NCBI GenBank assembly: GCA_944390225.1
Contig: CALXPB010000001.1
Location: forward strand, 85,196 to 149,195
From: an uncultured Alphaproteobacteria bacterium
GTDB lineage: Bacteria > Pseudomonadota > Alphaproteobacteria > Rs-D84
Length of the DNA: 64,000 bases
Direction: 5' to 3'
Numbering within the stretch: position 1 is the first letter of the stretch; each line of letters begins with the position of its first letter. The position numbers were made by a program, and so were the translations under genes. Shown here piece after piece: positions 47,850-56,955 of this stretch. The notes beneath the pieces are model-generated. The model searched no databases. It was not told the DNA's origin and was given only the letters and a program-made list of their open reading frames with translations.

Positions 47850-47878
47850 TTGAATGACTTTTCTATTTCTAGTATAAT
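47850..47878 (+). promoter_or_regulatory. Sigma70-type promoter (TTGAAT-17-TATAAT) upstream of the HTH gene
   Basis: Near-consensus -35/-10 hexamers with a 17-nt spacer. The ACAAACA-N17-TGTTTGT inverted repeat lies just downstream at about 47884-47914. Confidence 0.5.
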
Positions 47879-47928
47879 GCGAACAAACATTTGCATTTCG
47901 GCAGTGTTTGTATACTAGAGAGATTATT

Positions 47929-48174
47929 ATGACTCATAAGGATGTTTGGGCTGCAATAGATAAGTTAGCCAAAAAAAATAAAATTTCCTGTTCAAAATTA
48001 GCAATATTAAGCGGTTTAGATGCAACTACGTTTAATAAAAGTAAACGGTATTCCGTTTTTGGGAAACCTCGGTGGCCCTCAATGCATAGTATATCTAAGA
48101 TACTAGAAGCAACTTCTACAACGCCAACCGAGTTTGCAAATTTTATTGAAAATAAAGATTATCCTATTGAATAA
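47929..48174 (+). CDS. Helix-turn-helix XRE/Cro-like transcriptional regulator
   Basis: 82 aa. 'ISCSKLAILSGLDATTFNKSK' is a typical HTH_3 segment. Confidence 0.6.
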   Translation: MTHKDVWAAIDKLAKKNKISCSKLAILSGLDATTFNKSKRYSVFGKPRWPSMHSISKILEATSTTPTEFANFIENKDYPIE

Positions 48175-48208
48175 ATTTTTCGTTAAATGAAATTTTCTTA
48201 GATTTATT

Positions 48209-48916
48209 CTACGCGCTGTGACGGTTTATCGCGTTACTTATTTCTTCCAAAGACGCGTTGCACGGTAATAATGGTTCAAACCATAAATTTGCGGTACCAC
48301 TGCGTATCTGCCCGTGTTTAGGCCAATATAATCCTGCATCTGTACCTACCGGTAAAATAGGAAGTTTTAACTGATGTGCTAGAAATAATAACCCACGTTT
48401 TAACGGTATTTTTTGTCCGGGTTTTGCACGCGTTCCTTCGGGGAATATTATCAGAATCTTACCGTCCATAATTTTTTCTGCAACTGCACTAGTTAATTTC
48501 TGCATGTTTGTTGCGCCTCTGGTGCGGTTTACTGGTTGTAACCCCATGCGCCAAAACGCCCAACCATAAATCGGTATCCATAATAGTTCTCGTTTTATTA
48601 TGAAAAAAGAGTTAGGAACTATGTTTGATAAAATTGCAATCTCCAAAATAGACATATGCTTGGCAGCAATTATTGCTTTACCATCAAGACGTAAATTACC
48701 ATTAGGAGCAACTGGTACACCGTTCTCTTCCAGTAAAGGATAGTGAACGGTATATTTTATACCTGCAATTATTCGTGCCAGTAGCAGAACACCCGCCGCA
48801 CATTTTAAAACAAAAAACGTATTTAGTTTTTTTGATATTAAGCCAATAAGTAATATCGGTGACCATAATACAAAATATGTTCCTAATAAAATTTTAAAAA
48901 TTATGGTTCGTAACAT
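48209..48916 (-). CDS. plsC: 1-acyl-sn-glycerol-3-phosphate acyltransferase
   Basis: Acyltransferase motifs ('AAKHMSILE', 'FPEGTR') and an N-terminal TM. Confidence 0.75.
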   Translation of the reverse strand: MLRTIIFKILLGTYFVLWSPILLIGLISKKLNTFFVLKCAAGVLLLARIIAGIKYTVHYPLLEENGVPVAPNGNLRLDGKAIIAAKHMSILEIAILSNIVPNSFFIIKRELLWIPIYGWAFWRMGLQPVNRTRGATNMQKLTSAVAEKIMDGKILIIFPEGTRAKPGQKIPLKRGLLFLAHQLKLPILPVGTDAGLYWPKHGQIRSGTANLWFEPLLPCNASLEEISNAINRHSA

Positions 48917-48917
48917 T

Positions 48918-49427
48918 TTATCCTTCCTTTATTCCGAGCATTGTGATTATGTATTTTATATATTCTATGGTCCATCGTTCAAGTCTTTTTGTAGTCGGCA
49001 TACCAGTTAAAGGTACAGGGCACGCAACAATTTCTGCTTCGGGTAATTCTTGCCTTATTAAATATATTGCGCGGTTCATGTGGTCTTCGGTAGTTATTAT
49101 TACAATTCTATCTAAGCCTGCCCGAGAAGAAATTTCTTTTATTGCAAGTGCATTTTCGTAAGTTGATTTAGAATCTGATTCAATTTTTACCTTTTTCATA
49201 GTTTCATAAGAAAGTTGTGCACCTGTACCGATAATATATAAATCAGCATCGGGATGTTGACGCAATTTGCGCATCGCAAAAGGTATCCTTCGAGCGTCAC
49301 CAGTTAAAACGAATATGCTGTCGTCTGGTAATATTGTGGCGCAACGATTCGGAGCCATAGATTTAAACATCATGCCTCCGAAAACGAAACAGCAAAGCAA
49401 TAATAAAGACGGCGTAAGAAGTTTCAT
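48918..49427 (-). CDS. DUF218/YdcF-SanA-like periplasmic protein
   Basis: 169 aa with a signal/anchor, then 'IFVLTGD...YIIGTGA' as in ElyC/YdcF family proteins. Confidence 0.5.
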   Translation of the reverse strand: MKLLTPSLLLLCCFVFGGMMFKSMAPNRCATILPDDSIFVLTGDARRIPFAMRKLRQHPDADLYIIGTGAQLSYETMKKVKIESDSKSTYENALAIKEISSRAGLDRIVIITTEDHMNRAIYLIRQELPEAEIVACPVPLTGMPTTKRLERWTIEYIKYIITMLGIKEG

Positions 49428-50269
49428 CAGTTATTTTTTAAAATGTTCAAGGTTGTGCGCTTCGTGATAAGTATTGCAAAAATTATTATTGCAATGGGTA
49501 CCAGCATCAAAATTAACCAACCGTGACCAGATATATCAATCATAGCCATTAAGCCTACACGCGCACTATGGGCAGTTGATATTATCAATAGTAATACGGG
49601 AGTCGCTATCAAGAAACCTGTTGCAGATGCAATAATACTTATTTTCGCAATAATTTTTTGCATTTGACGGGCAACAAAATTATCACTTGCACCAATTTGA
49701 TTTAATATTTCTAATTCTCGTCTATGCAGTAAGGCCGTATTTTTCGCAATGTAAGATATGCAGATTCCTATTGCCCCCAGTGTCATAATTAATACGAAAG
49801 CAGATATGAAAATCATTTTCCATCCGGCAGAAGTTGAACTTTTAAGTGCCTGAGCATGAGTCAGAAAACGAGCATGTTTTCCAATTTCTTTTCCCAGTTG
49901 TTCTAAATCTGAATCGGTTTTAAATTTTATCTCGTACATTTTTGGTAAGTATTTTTCTAGTACGTCTCCGCCACCAGATATCCAAGGACGCATTAGATTT
50001 TTCATTTGTTCTGTTGTGACTTCGTTATTTTCAATGATTTTTTCTTTATTTTCATTTAATATTTTTTCTATTATTTTTTCATTCTTTGTGTCCATTATTT
50101 GAACCGTCGCAAACAAGTCCCATTGCGTATTCCATCGTATTACCCCGGTACCAATAGATAAAGCAATCCCCAAAGATAAAACTGCCAGAAAAGTTAATAG
50201 TGCCATAATCGCTGTCATGAAAATGGATTGCTCGTGTATCAGTGAAAATACAATAGGTTTTTTACTCAT
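49427..50269 (-). CDS. ftsX: Cell-division ABC transporter permease FtsX-like
   Basis: 280 aa with 4 TM segments and a periplasmic loop. It is translationally coupled to the upstream ABC ATPase. It is too short for LolC/E. Confidence 0.6.
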   Translation of the reverse strand: MSKKPIVFSLIHEQSIFMTAIMALLTFLAVLSLGIALSIGTGVIRWNTQWDLFATVQIMDTKNEKIIEKILNENKEKIIENNEVTTEQMKNLMRPWISGGGDVLEKYLPKMYEIKFKTDSDLEQLGKEIGKHARFLTHAQALKSSTSAGWKMIFISAFVLIMTLGAIGICISYIAKNTALLHRRELEILNQIGASDNFVARQMQKIIAKISIIASATGFLIATPVLLLIISTAHSARVGLMAMIDISGHGWLILMLVPIAIIIFAILITKRTTLNILKNN

Positions 50270-51054
50270 GCGTTTCCAATATCGTCAAATTGTTTAGATA
50301 ATTCTGTGAAATAATTCTGTGGTTTCGGTCCTTTCCATAATTTTTTCTGTTCGGTTGCGGATGACTTTGATGCTTTTGCCCCTATAAAACTTACTTTATG
50401 ATTTTCAACATGTATGACGGGAAATTTATAGGTGTCCATAAGTTTTGTGCTATGCGTGGCAAGTATTATCGTTGTTCCAAATGTTTTATTCATTTGAATG
50501 AAAAGTTCCATCAGTCTGGACGCATTTTCATCATCTAAATTACCAGTAGGTTCGTCAGCCAGTAATATAGAAGGTTGAATTATTATTGCACGAGCGACAG
50601 AAACTCGTTGCTGTTGCCCGCCAGATAAAGATTTAGGGTTTGCGTCTGCATATTTTCCCAAACCAACCCATTCTAATGTTTTAGTGACAAGTTTTTTTAT
50701 TTTCGATTCCGGCAGACCGCGAACCCGAAGCGGAAGTGCAATATTATCAAATACTGACATATGCGATAACAGCGAGTATTCTTGAAATACAATTGCCATT
50801 TTATGACGAAGTTTTGATATTTCGTCACGGGTCATATTATTTGTATTTTGTCCGAATAATTTTATTTGCCCGCGACATGGCTTATGTAGTTGATATATTA
50901 GACGTAATAAAGTCGTTTTACCTGCACCTGATGCACCCGATAAAAAATAAAACGCCCCATTGCTAATATTAAACGATACATCAGATAAAACTTCGCGTGA
51001 GTTATCATAGCGCGCACCAACGTTCGCAAAAGATATTGCAGTATTTTCTTCCAT
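50266..51054 (-). CDS. ftsE: Cell-division ABC transporter ATPase FtsE-like
   Basis: Walker A 'GASGAGKTT', signature 'LSGGQQQR' and Walker B 'LLADEPTGNLD'. A roughly 40-aa C-terminal extension is present. Confidence 0.65.
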   Translation of the reverse strand: MEENTAISFANVGARYDNSREVLSDVSFNISNGAFYFLSGASGAGKTTLLRLIYQLHKPCRGQIKLFGQNTNNMTRDEISKLRHKMAIVFQEYSLLSHMSVFDNIALPLRVRGLPESKIKKLVTKTLEWVGLGKYADANPKSLSGGQQQRVSVARAIIIQPSILLADEPTGNLDDENASRLMELFIQMNKTFGTTIILATHSTKLMDTYKFPVIHVENHKVSFIGAKASKSSATEQKKLWKGPKPQNYFTELSKQFDDIGNA

Positions 51055-51166
51055 GTATCAGATACTAGTAGAAAAAGGTTTCTCGGTCAAGTTTCAACCT
51101 AAAAAAAGTTGATTTTGTGCAAAATAAAAAAGTGCGCTTTTCGCACACTTTTTTATTCATACATTT

Positions 51167-51571
51167 TTATTCTTCTTCAACAACTTTTGTCGTTGCGTTT
51201 CTATTTTTAGCCCAAACTTCTTCACCGGTTCCTGGGTATTGCGGACGTTCTTTACCATAAGAAATAGTTTTTATTCTTTCTGGTTCAATACCGTTTTCTA
51301 TTAATACATGCGCTGCGTTCCCTGCACGTAATGCCCCCAGTGCCAGATTATATTCTGTTGACCCACGTTCGTCGCAATGTCCTTCCATAATAACGTCTAT
51401 TTCTGGGTTGGCTTTCATATACAAAGCCTGTTCGTCCAAATTTTCTTGAGCATTATCAGTAATAACCGCCGAATCGAAAGCAAAGAAAACTTTGTCGTCG
51501 TTTATCATGTCTGGAACACCACCACAAGCGGCCAAGCCCATAGTTATTAAGCCTAATAAAATTTTTTTCAT
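51167..51571 (-). CDS. pal: Peptidoglycan-associated lipoprotein Pal (OmpA-C domain)
   Basis: Lipobox 'LAAC'. OmpA-like domain 'FAFDSAVI...EGHCDERGSTEYNLALGALRA'. Confidence 0.8.
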   Translation of the reverse strand: MKKILLGLITMGLAACGGVPDMINDDKVFFAFDSAVITDNAQENLDEQALYMKANPEIDVIMEGHCDERGSTEYNLALGALRAGNAAHVLIENGIEPERIKTISYGKERPQYPGTGEEVWAKNRNATTKVVEEE

Positions 51572-51714
51572 TTTTCCCTCTGTTCTATATTGTTAAAGTA
51601 AGTTACATATAAAGATTTAACAAAATTTATAAAAAGAAGTCAATAATTGTTTTTTATACTTTTTTCATTTTTTAATTTATGATAAAATGCTTTAAAAAGC
51701 AGGGGGTGTTTATA

Positions 51715-52446
51715 ATGAAAAAAATGGTTCCTTTTTTAAGTTTAATAGGTTTAATTTCGTATGGTGCAAATGCTGCACCTAGTTATCTTACCAGGGATAC
51801 AAAGGGTGGGTATATTGTTACATATGATTATACCGACAAAGCAAAGTCTGGATGGTATATGGGTGCGCGTGCAGATTTAAATCTTTGGAATTGGGAAAAC
51901 AAATATAGCGTAGACGCAGATTTAACTGGGTTGGGTTCTGTTGATGCAGATAAATATTCGTTTGAGCCTGTTTTCGGTGGCAGTATTTTTGCCGGCCATA
52001 CAGTATCATATTTCTGGCGTGCTGAATTAGAAGCAGGATATATGGGATATTTTCAGGACAAAGATGGTGAGTCAGAATTTTCAATGCAGATACCATATTT
52101 GATGTTGAACGGTTATCGTGATTTTATTAACGGCATATATATTGGTGCAGGTTTAGGTATTGCGATGCCTATAACGACAATGGATTTAAGTCCTACTTTG
52201 GCAACAACAGATGGTGATAATCGTAAGGAATATCATTTTGTTCCTGTGGCGGGCATTATGGTCGGTTATTCTTACGAATTAGATGATAACTTGGTATTGG
52301 ATTTGCGTTATCGTTTATCTGGGATGACTGGATTTGATCAGCGTATAAATATGTATGATGCTGGTGAAGCGTCTCATTGGTTACAGAACGATATCGATTT
52401 GATTTTAGACAATTCTATATCAATTGGATTGAGATATGAATTTTAA
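51715..52446 (+). CDS. Outer-membrane beta-barrel protein (Omp25/OmpA-like family)
   Basis: Signal peptide and amphipathic beta strands. The C-terminus is 'GLRYEF'. RBS AGGGGG. Confidence 0.6.
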   Translation: MKKMVPFLSLIGLISYGANAAPSYLTRDTKGGYIVTYDYTDKAKSGWYMGARADLNLWNWENKYSVDADLTGLGSVDADKYSFEPVFGGSIFAGHTVSYFWRAELEAGYMGYFQDKDGESEFSMQIPYLMLNGYRDFINGIYIGAGLGIAMPITTMDLSPTLATTDGDNRKEYHFVPVAGIMVGYSYELDDNLVLDLRYRLSGMTGFDQRINMYDAGEASHWLQNDIDLILDNSISIGLRYEF

Positions 52447-52459
52447 AATAGGAAAACTA

Positions 52460-52489
52460 TTGACGCGATTCGCAAAAATATGATATTAT
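52460..52489 (+). promoter_or_regulatory. Sigma70-like promoter upstream of the giant repeat protein gene
   Basis: TTGACG-18-TATTAT. Confidence 0.4.
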
Positions 52490-52509
52490 ATGATTTGTAG
52501 AGAGAATAA

Positions 52510-55500
52510 ATGAAAAACGAACTAAAAATTTCAAGGCTTGCAATAATATGTGTGTTGTGCACGGCGTTTTCTGGTGCGTACGGTGCATCATCTGTACGTT
52601 CTTTGGGCGGGGAGGGCACTTATAGCAGTGCATCCAGTGCGACGGCAGCAAATAGTACAAGCAACACAGCGGTATCGCGTAGCGGTTCCGTTCGCGTAAC
52701 ACCAACAATCAGCACGTCAGGAAGCAGTACAACTGCTACGACAGGTACTTCGAACAGTGGTCGTTCTACGACTACGCCAAGATTGTCTATTGGCAAGTAT
52801 CTTGGTGGGGCTACTTCTGTAAGCGGTGGCAGTTCATTGCGTCCTCAGACGCCAAGTGGTGGTTCTTCATCTGGGGGCGGGGGTTCTGTCGATACCGGTC
52901 TTGTCGAAGATATGATAAATCAGGCGATTGACGGTTTGGACGCAGAAATACAAGACTTGTGGGCAGAAAAGCAAAATGTTTTATATCCGTCAGACGGGTT
53001 CGTTTCCATTGAGAACGATGAAATTTATTTAAACGTTGATAATTTGAAAGGTGCTCTTGATATTGCGACGGGGCAAGACGGGCGCGAAATAGAAATAGAA
53101 AGACAGGGTGATTATATAGTATGGCGCTATGTTGGTGAAACGGCGTGGAATAATTTAATATCTGTTGCGGACATTACCGGACCGCAGGGACCTCAGGGTG
53201 AAAAAGGTGAAAAGGGTGAACCCGGTGATGTGGCAGAAGTTGATTTGACAGGTTATGCTACAACGGAAGAAATGAACGATTCTATTGCGGTGGCCGTTGC
53301 GAATTTGAGTAGTGTTTATGCGACGGTTGATGCTTTGTCGGGCAAGGCAAACATAGAAGATGTATACACCAAAGATGAAGTTTATAATAAAACAGAAGTT
53401 AATGACAAGGTTGCAGAAGTTGCTGCAGGTGACATGCAAGAAGCATTAAAGGATTATGCAAAACAGGATTATGTAGATCAGCAGTTGGCCAACAAGGCGA
53501 ATACTTCTGATTTGGATGGTTTGTTAACCTCTGATGCATTAACGGAAACATTAGAAGGTTATGCGACAACTGATGCATTGAATTCTGGTTTGAATAGCAA
53601 ATTGAATGTCGGTGCTCTTACGGGATATGCAACACAAACTTATGTTGATAGTGCTGTTAATGATGCAACCGAAGATTTTATAACTACGTCTGAGGTTGAT
53701 AGTAAATTAGCAAATAAGGCGGATACCTCTGATTTGAATGGTTTGTTAACATCTGATGAACTTGCGGGTACGTTGTCTGGTTATGCGACGGTTGGTGCTT
53801 TGGAGGGCAAGGCAAACATAGAAGATGTATACACCAAAGATGAAGTTTATAATAAAACAGAAGTTAATGACAAGGTTGCAGAAGTTGCTGCAGGTGACAT
53901 GCAAGAAGCATTAAAGGATTATGCAAAACAGGATTATGTAGATCAGCAGTTGGCCAACAAGGCGAATACTTCTGATTTGGATGGTTTGTTAACCTCTGAT
54001 GCATTAACGGAAACATTAGAAGGTTATGCGACAACTGATGCATTGAATTCTGGTTTAGGAACAAAACTAGATGCAGATGCATTGGATGCTAAATTGGCTG
54101 GTTATGCGACTACGACTGCGGTTGAAACATCAATCAGCGAAGCTACTGAGGGTTTCATAAAAGATTCAGATGTAGATACGAAGATCAGCACTGCAACTTC
54201 CGAGATAGCAGGAAACGCCAGTAATGCTTTAAATGTTGCGAATGAGGCAAAGTCCGCGGTTAATACATTGTCAGATTCTTTGTCGACCAAGGCAGACGCA
54301 TCGGCTTTAACAGAATTAGCAGGTCTTGTTGATACGAACACAGAAGGAATTAGTTCAATAAATACAAAGATAGGAACTGATGATTTTGAGACTTCTGCGA
54401 AGAACATAGTTGGTGCCATTAATGAGTTAAAAGGAAAGACAGACGGTTTGGCAACCGAAGGTAATTTTACTGAAATGAATAATAAAATATCTGCGGTTGA
54501 GACAAAGGTTACAGAAGCAGTAGCTTCAATAAGCGGCAAGGCAGAAAAAACATATGTAGACGATCAGTTGGCCACCAAGGCGAATACTTCTGATTTAGAT
54601 GGTTTGTTAACCTCTGATGCATTAACGGCAACATTAGAAGGTTATGCGACAACTGATGCATTGACTTCTGGTTTAGGAACAAAACTAGATGCAGATGCAT
54701 TAGAAGGTTATATAACTACGTCAGAAGTAGATACAAAGATCAGTGATGCAACGAAGAATTTTTTAACATCAAATTCTGAAACGGTAACGAATATAACAGA
54801 ACAGATAACCAATGTAACGAACTTGATAAACAACGAAGACACCGGTTTAACAAGCAAGGTTGAAAGTTTGGAAACGGCACTTGGTGCTAGCGATGAAGGT
54901 AATTTTACTGTATTGGAAGGTTTAGCGACCAAGGATGAATTGAATTCCAAGGCAGACGCATCGGCTTTAACAGAATTAGCAGGTCTTGTTGATACGAACA
55001 CAGCAGGAATTAGTTCAATAAATACAAAGATAGGAACTGATAATTTTGAGACTTCTGCGAAGAACATAGTTGGTGCCATTAATGAGTTAAAAGGAAAGAC
55101 AGACGGTTTGGCAACCGAAGGTAATTTTACTGAAATGAATAATAAAATATCTGCGGTTGAGACAAAGGTTACAGAAGCAGTAGCTTCAATAAGCGGCAAG
55201 GCAGAAAAAACATATGTAGACGATCAGTTGGCCACCAAGGCAAGTTCTACAGATTTTGATGCTTTGAAAGAAACGATAGTAAATACTGAAAATGGGTTAG
55301 CGATCAGGGTAGATGCAGCGACGGCGGGTTTGGCGGATAAAGAAAATACAAGTAATAGAGTCCAAACAATAGATTCAAGTTCTACGGATACTCAATATCC
55401 ATCTGCGAAGGCAGTATATGATGCGATAGCAGGCGAAGGGAATCTTGTAGAACCAGTGGTGGATAATTCTGTAAAGATAATACAAGAACAAGTAGATTCA

Positions 55501-56916
55501 CAAGCAGCGGACATAGCAGAATTAGAAGGGGAAGTAGTGGGTTTAGCATCTGATGTAGAAACTTTTGGTACAGCGTTAACCACGGCAGAAGGTAAAATAA
55601 CCACGGCAGAAGGTAAAATAACCACGGCAGAAAGTAAAATAACTACATTGGAAACAGAGGTTGGTAATAAATTAGATAAAAATCTTGGTACAGGTAAAAG
55701 CGGTCAAATCCTAACGGTTGGTTCAGACGGTGCGATTACAAGCAGTGCCACGATTGCACAGGGCAAGGTTTCAGGTTTAACTACTACACTTGCTGGTAAA
55801 GCAGACGCATCGGCTTTAACTGAATTGGAAACAGAGGTTGGTAATAAATTAGATAAAAATCTTGGTACAGGTAAAAGCGGTCAAATCCTAACGGTTGGTG
55901 CAGACGGTGCGATTACAAGCAGTGCCACGATTGCACAGGGCAAGGTTAATGGTTTAACTACTACACTTGCTGGTAAAGCAGACGCATCGGCTTTAACTGA
56001 ATTGGAAACAGAGGTTGGTAATAAATTAGATAAAAATCTTGGTACAGGTAAAAGCGGTCAAATCCTAACGGTTGGTGCAGACGGTGCGATTACAAGCAGT
56101 GCCACGATTGCACAGGGCAAGGTTGATGGTTTAACTACTACACTTGCTGGTAAAGCAGACGCATCGGCTTTAACTGAATTGGAAACAGAAGTTGAAGGTA
56201 AACAGGATAAATTAAACCAAGCCCAACTGAATGCGGTAGATTCTGGTATTACAAAAGAGTTGGTAACGGAATACAACGGCTATGACGAAAGAATTACTAA
56301 TGCTGAAAACAGTATCGGAACTTTGACAGAAGATGTCGGTTCAAAGGCAAGTACAGAGGAATTAAATACTTTGAAAGATACTGTTGCGACATTAAATAAT
56401 ACGATTGGCAATGATAGCTCTGGTTTGGTAAATAAGGTTACTTCAACAGAAGCCGATTTGGCTAAAAAAGAAAACCTTAGTAATAAAACATCAGAAATTC
56501 GCACCAAAGAGAATGGGGCAGATAATATAAGATATCCGACAGAACTGGCAGTAAGAACTTTATTAGACACGAAGGCAAATAAAGCAACAACATTGGCAGG
56601 TTATGGTATTGATGATGCTTATACAAAATCAGAAACAGACTCCAAAATTACCGAGGTTTTTCAAGATGTTGCGGGTGGTGACTTTTCAACCGCATTTGAG
56701 GGCAAGGAAGACACAAAAAACAAGATAAATGAAATTACCGAGACAAATAAAACAAGTACAGACGCTTATCCGTCTGCCAAGGCGGTTGTAACATACGCAC
56801 TTCCACAGCCAACAGAGGCCTGTCAGGCAGCGTCTGGTATGTGTGTACTGTCAGTTAATAGGGATACCGGTGTAATTGAGTGGGTTAGCGTATCTAGTCC
56901 CGCAAATGAAAATTAA
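52510..56916 (+). CDS. Giant secreted repetitive fibrous protein (1468 aa) with a Ser/Thr-rich low-complexity region, a short collagen-like G-X-Y stretch and long arrays of coiled-coil-like repeats
   Basis: Signal peptide. 'GPQGPQGEKGEKGEPGD'. Reiterated 'YATTDAL', 'KADASALTEL' and 'LETEVGNKLDKNLGTGKSGQILTVGADGAITSSATIAQGKV' units. C-terminal 'YPSAKAV' motifs. Confidence 0.7.
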   Translation: MKNELKISRLAIICVLCTAFSGAYGASSVRSLGGEGTYSSASSATAANSTSNTAVSRSGSVRVTPTISTSGSSTTATTGTSNSGRSTTTPRLSIGKYLGGATSVSGGSSLRPQTPSGGSSSGGGGSVDTGLVEDMINQAIDGLDAEIQDLWAEKQNVLYPSDGFVSIENDEIYLNVDNLKGALDIATGQDGREIEIERQGDYIVWRYVGETAWNNLISVADITGPQGPQGEKGEKGEPGDVAEVDLTGYATTEEMNDSIAVAVANLSSVYATVDALSGKANIEDVYTKDEVYNKTEVNDKVAEVAAGDMQEALKDYAKQDYVDQQLANKANTSDLDGLLTSDALTETLEGYATTDALNSGLNSKLNVGALTGYATQTYVDSAVNDATEDFITTSEVDSKLANKADTSDLNGLLTSDELAGTLSGYATVGALEGKANIEDVYTKDEVYNKTEVNDKVAEVAAGDMQEALKDYAKQDYVDQQLANKANTSDLDGLLTSDALTETLEGYATTDALNSGLGTKLDADALDAKLAGYATTTAVETSISEATEGFIKDSDVDTKISTATSEIAGNASNALNVANEAKSAVNTLSDSLSTKADASALTELAGLVDTNTEGISSINTKIGTDDFETSAKNIVGAINELKGKTDGLATEGNFTEMNNKISAVETKVTEAVASISGKAEKTYVDDQLATKANTSDLDGLLTSDALTATLEGYATTDALTSGLGTKLDADALEGYITTSEVDTKISDATKNFLTSNSETVTNITEQITNVTNLINNEDTGLTSKVESLETALGASDEGNFTVLEGLATKDELNSKADASALTELAGLVDTNTAGISSINTKIGTDNFETSAKNIVGAINELKGKTDGLATEGNFTEMNNKISAVETKVTEAVASISGKAEKTYVDDQLATKASSTDFDALKETIVNTENGLAIRVDAATAGLADKENTSNRVQTIDSSSTDTQYPSAKAVYDAIAGEGNLVEPVVDNSVKIIQEQVDSQAADIAELEGEVVGLASDVETFGTALTTAEGKITTAEGKITTAESKITTLETEVGNKLDKNLGTGKSGQILTVGSDGAITSSATIAQGKVSGLTTTLAGKADASALTELETEVGNKLDKNLGTGKSGQILTVGADGAITSSATIAQGKVNGLTTTLAGKADASALTELETEVGNKLDKNLGTGKSGQILTVGADGAITSSATIAQGKVDGLTTTLAGKADASALTELETEVEGKQDKLNQAQLNAVDSGITKELVTEYNGYDERITNAENSIGTLTEDVGSKASTEELNTLKDTVATLNNTIGNDSSGLVNKVTSTEADLAKKENLSNKTSEIRTKENGADNIRYPTELAVRTLLDTKANKATTLAGYGIDDAYTKSETDSKITEVFQDVAGGDFSTAFEGKEDTKNKINEITETNKTSTDAYPSAKAVVTYALPQPTEACQAASGMCVLSVNRDTGVIEWVSVSSPANEN
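55648..56178 (+). repeat. Three tandem, nearly identical 177-bp (59-aa) coding repeats inside the giant gene
   Basis: The unit starts with 'ttggaaacagaggttggtaataaattagataaaaatcttgg'. Copies lie at 55648, 55825 and 56002, and a partial fourth starts at 56179. Confidence 0.85.
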
Positions 56917-56955
56917 AAGAGTTTAAAAAACAAAAAAACAAAAAAGGAAGGAAAA

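Noticed and set aside
49427-51054. Calling the ABC pair lolD/lolE
   Set aside because: The permease is only 280 aa with 4 TM (FtsX size). LolC/E are about 400 aa with a large periplasmic domain. ftsEX is therefore more likely.
54102-55199. Two near-identical 145- and 163-aa minus-strand ORFs (and 53864..54082, 54509..54700, 55392..55625, 56058..56570)
   Set aside because: They mirror the intragenic duplications of the giant plus-strand gene. They are antisense artefacts, not genes.
55579-56178. Possible CRISPR array suggested by regularly spaced repeats
   Set aside because: The repeats are in-frame coding repeats (21-bp heptads and 177-bp units) within a long ORF. There are no unique spacers, no leader and no cas genes.
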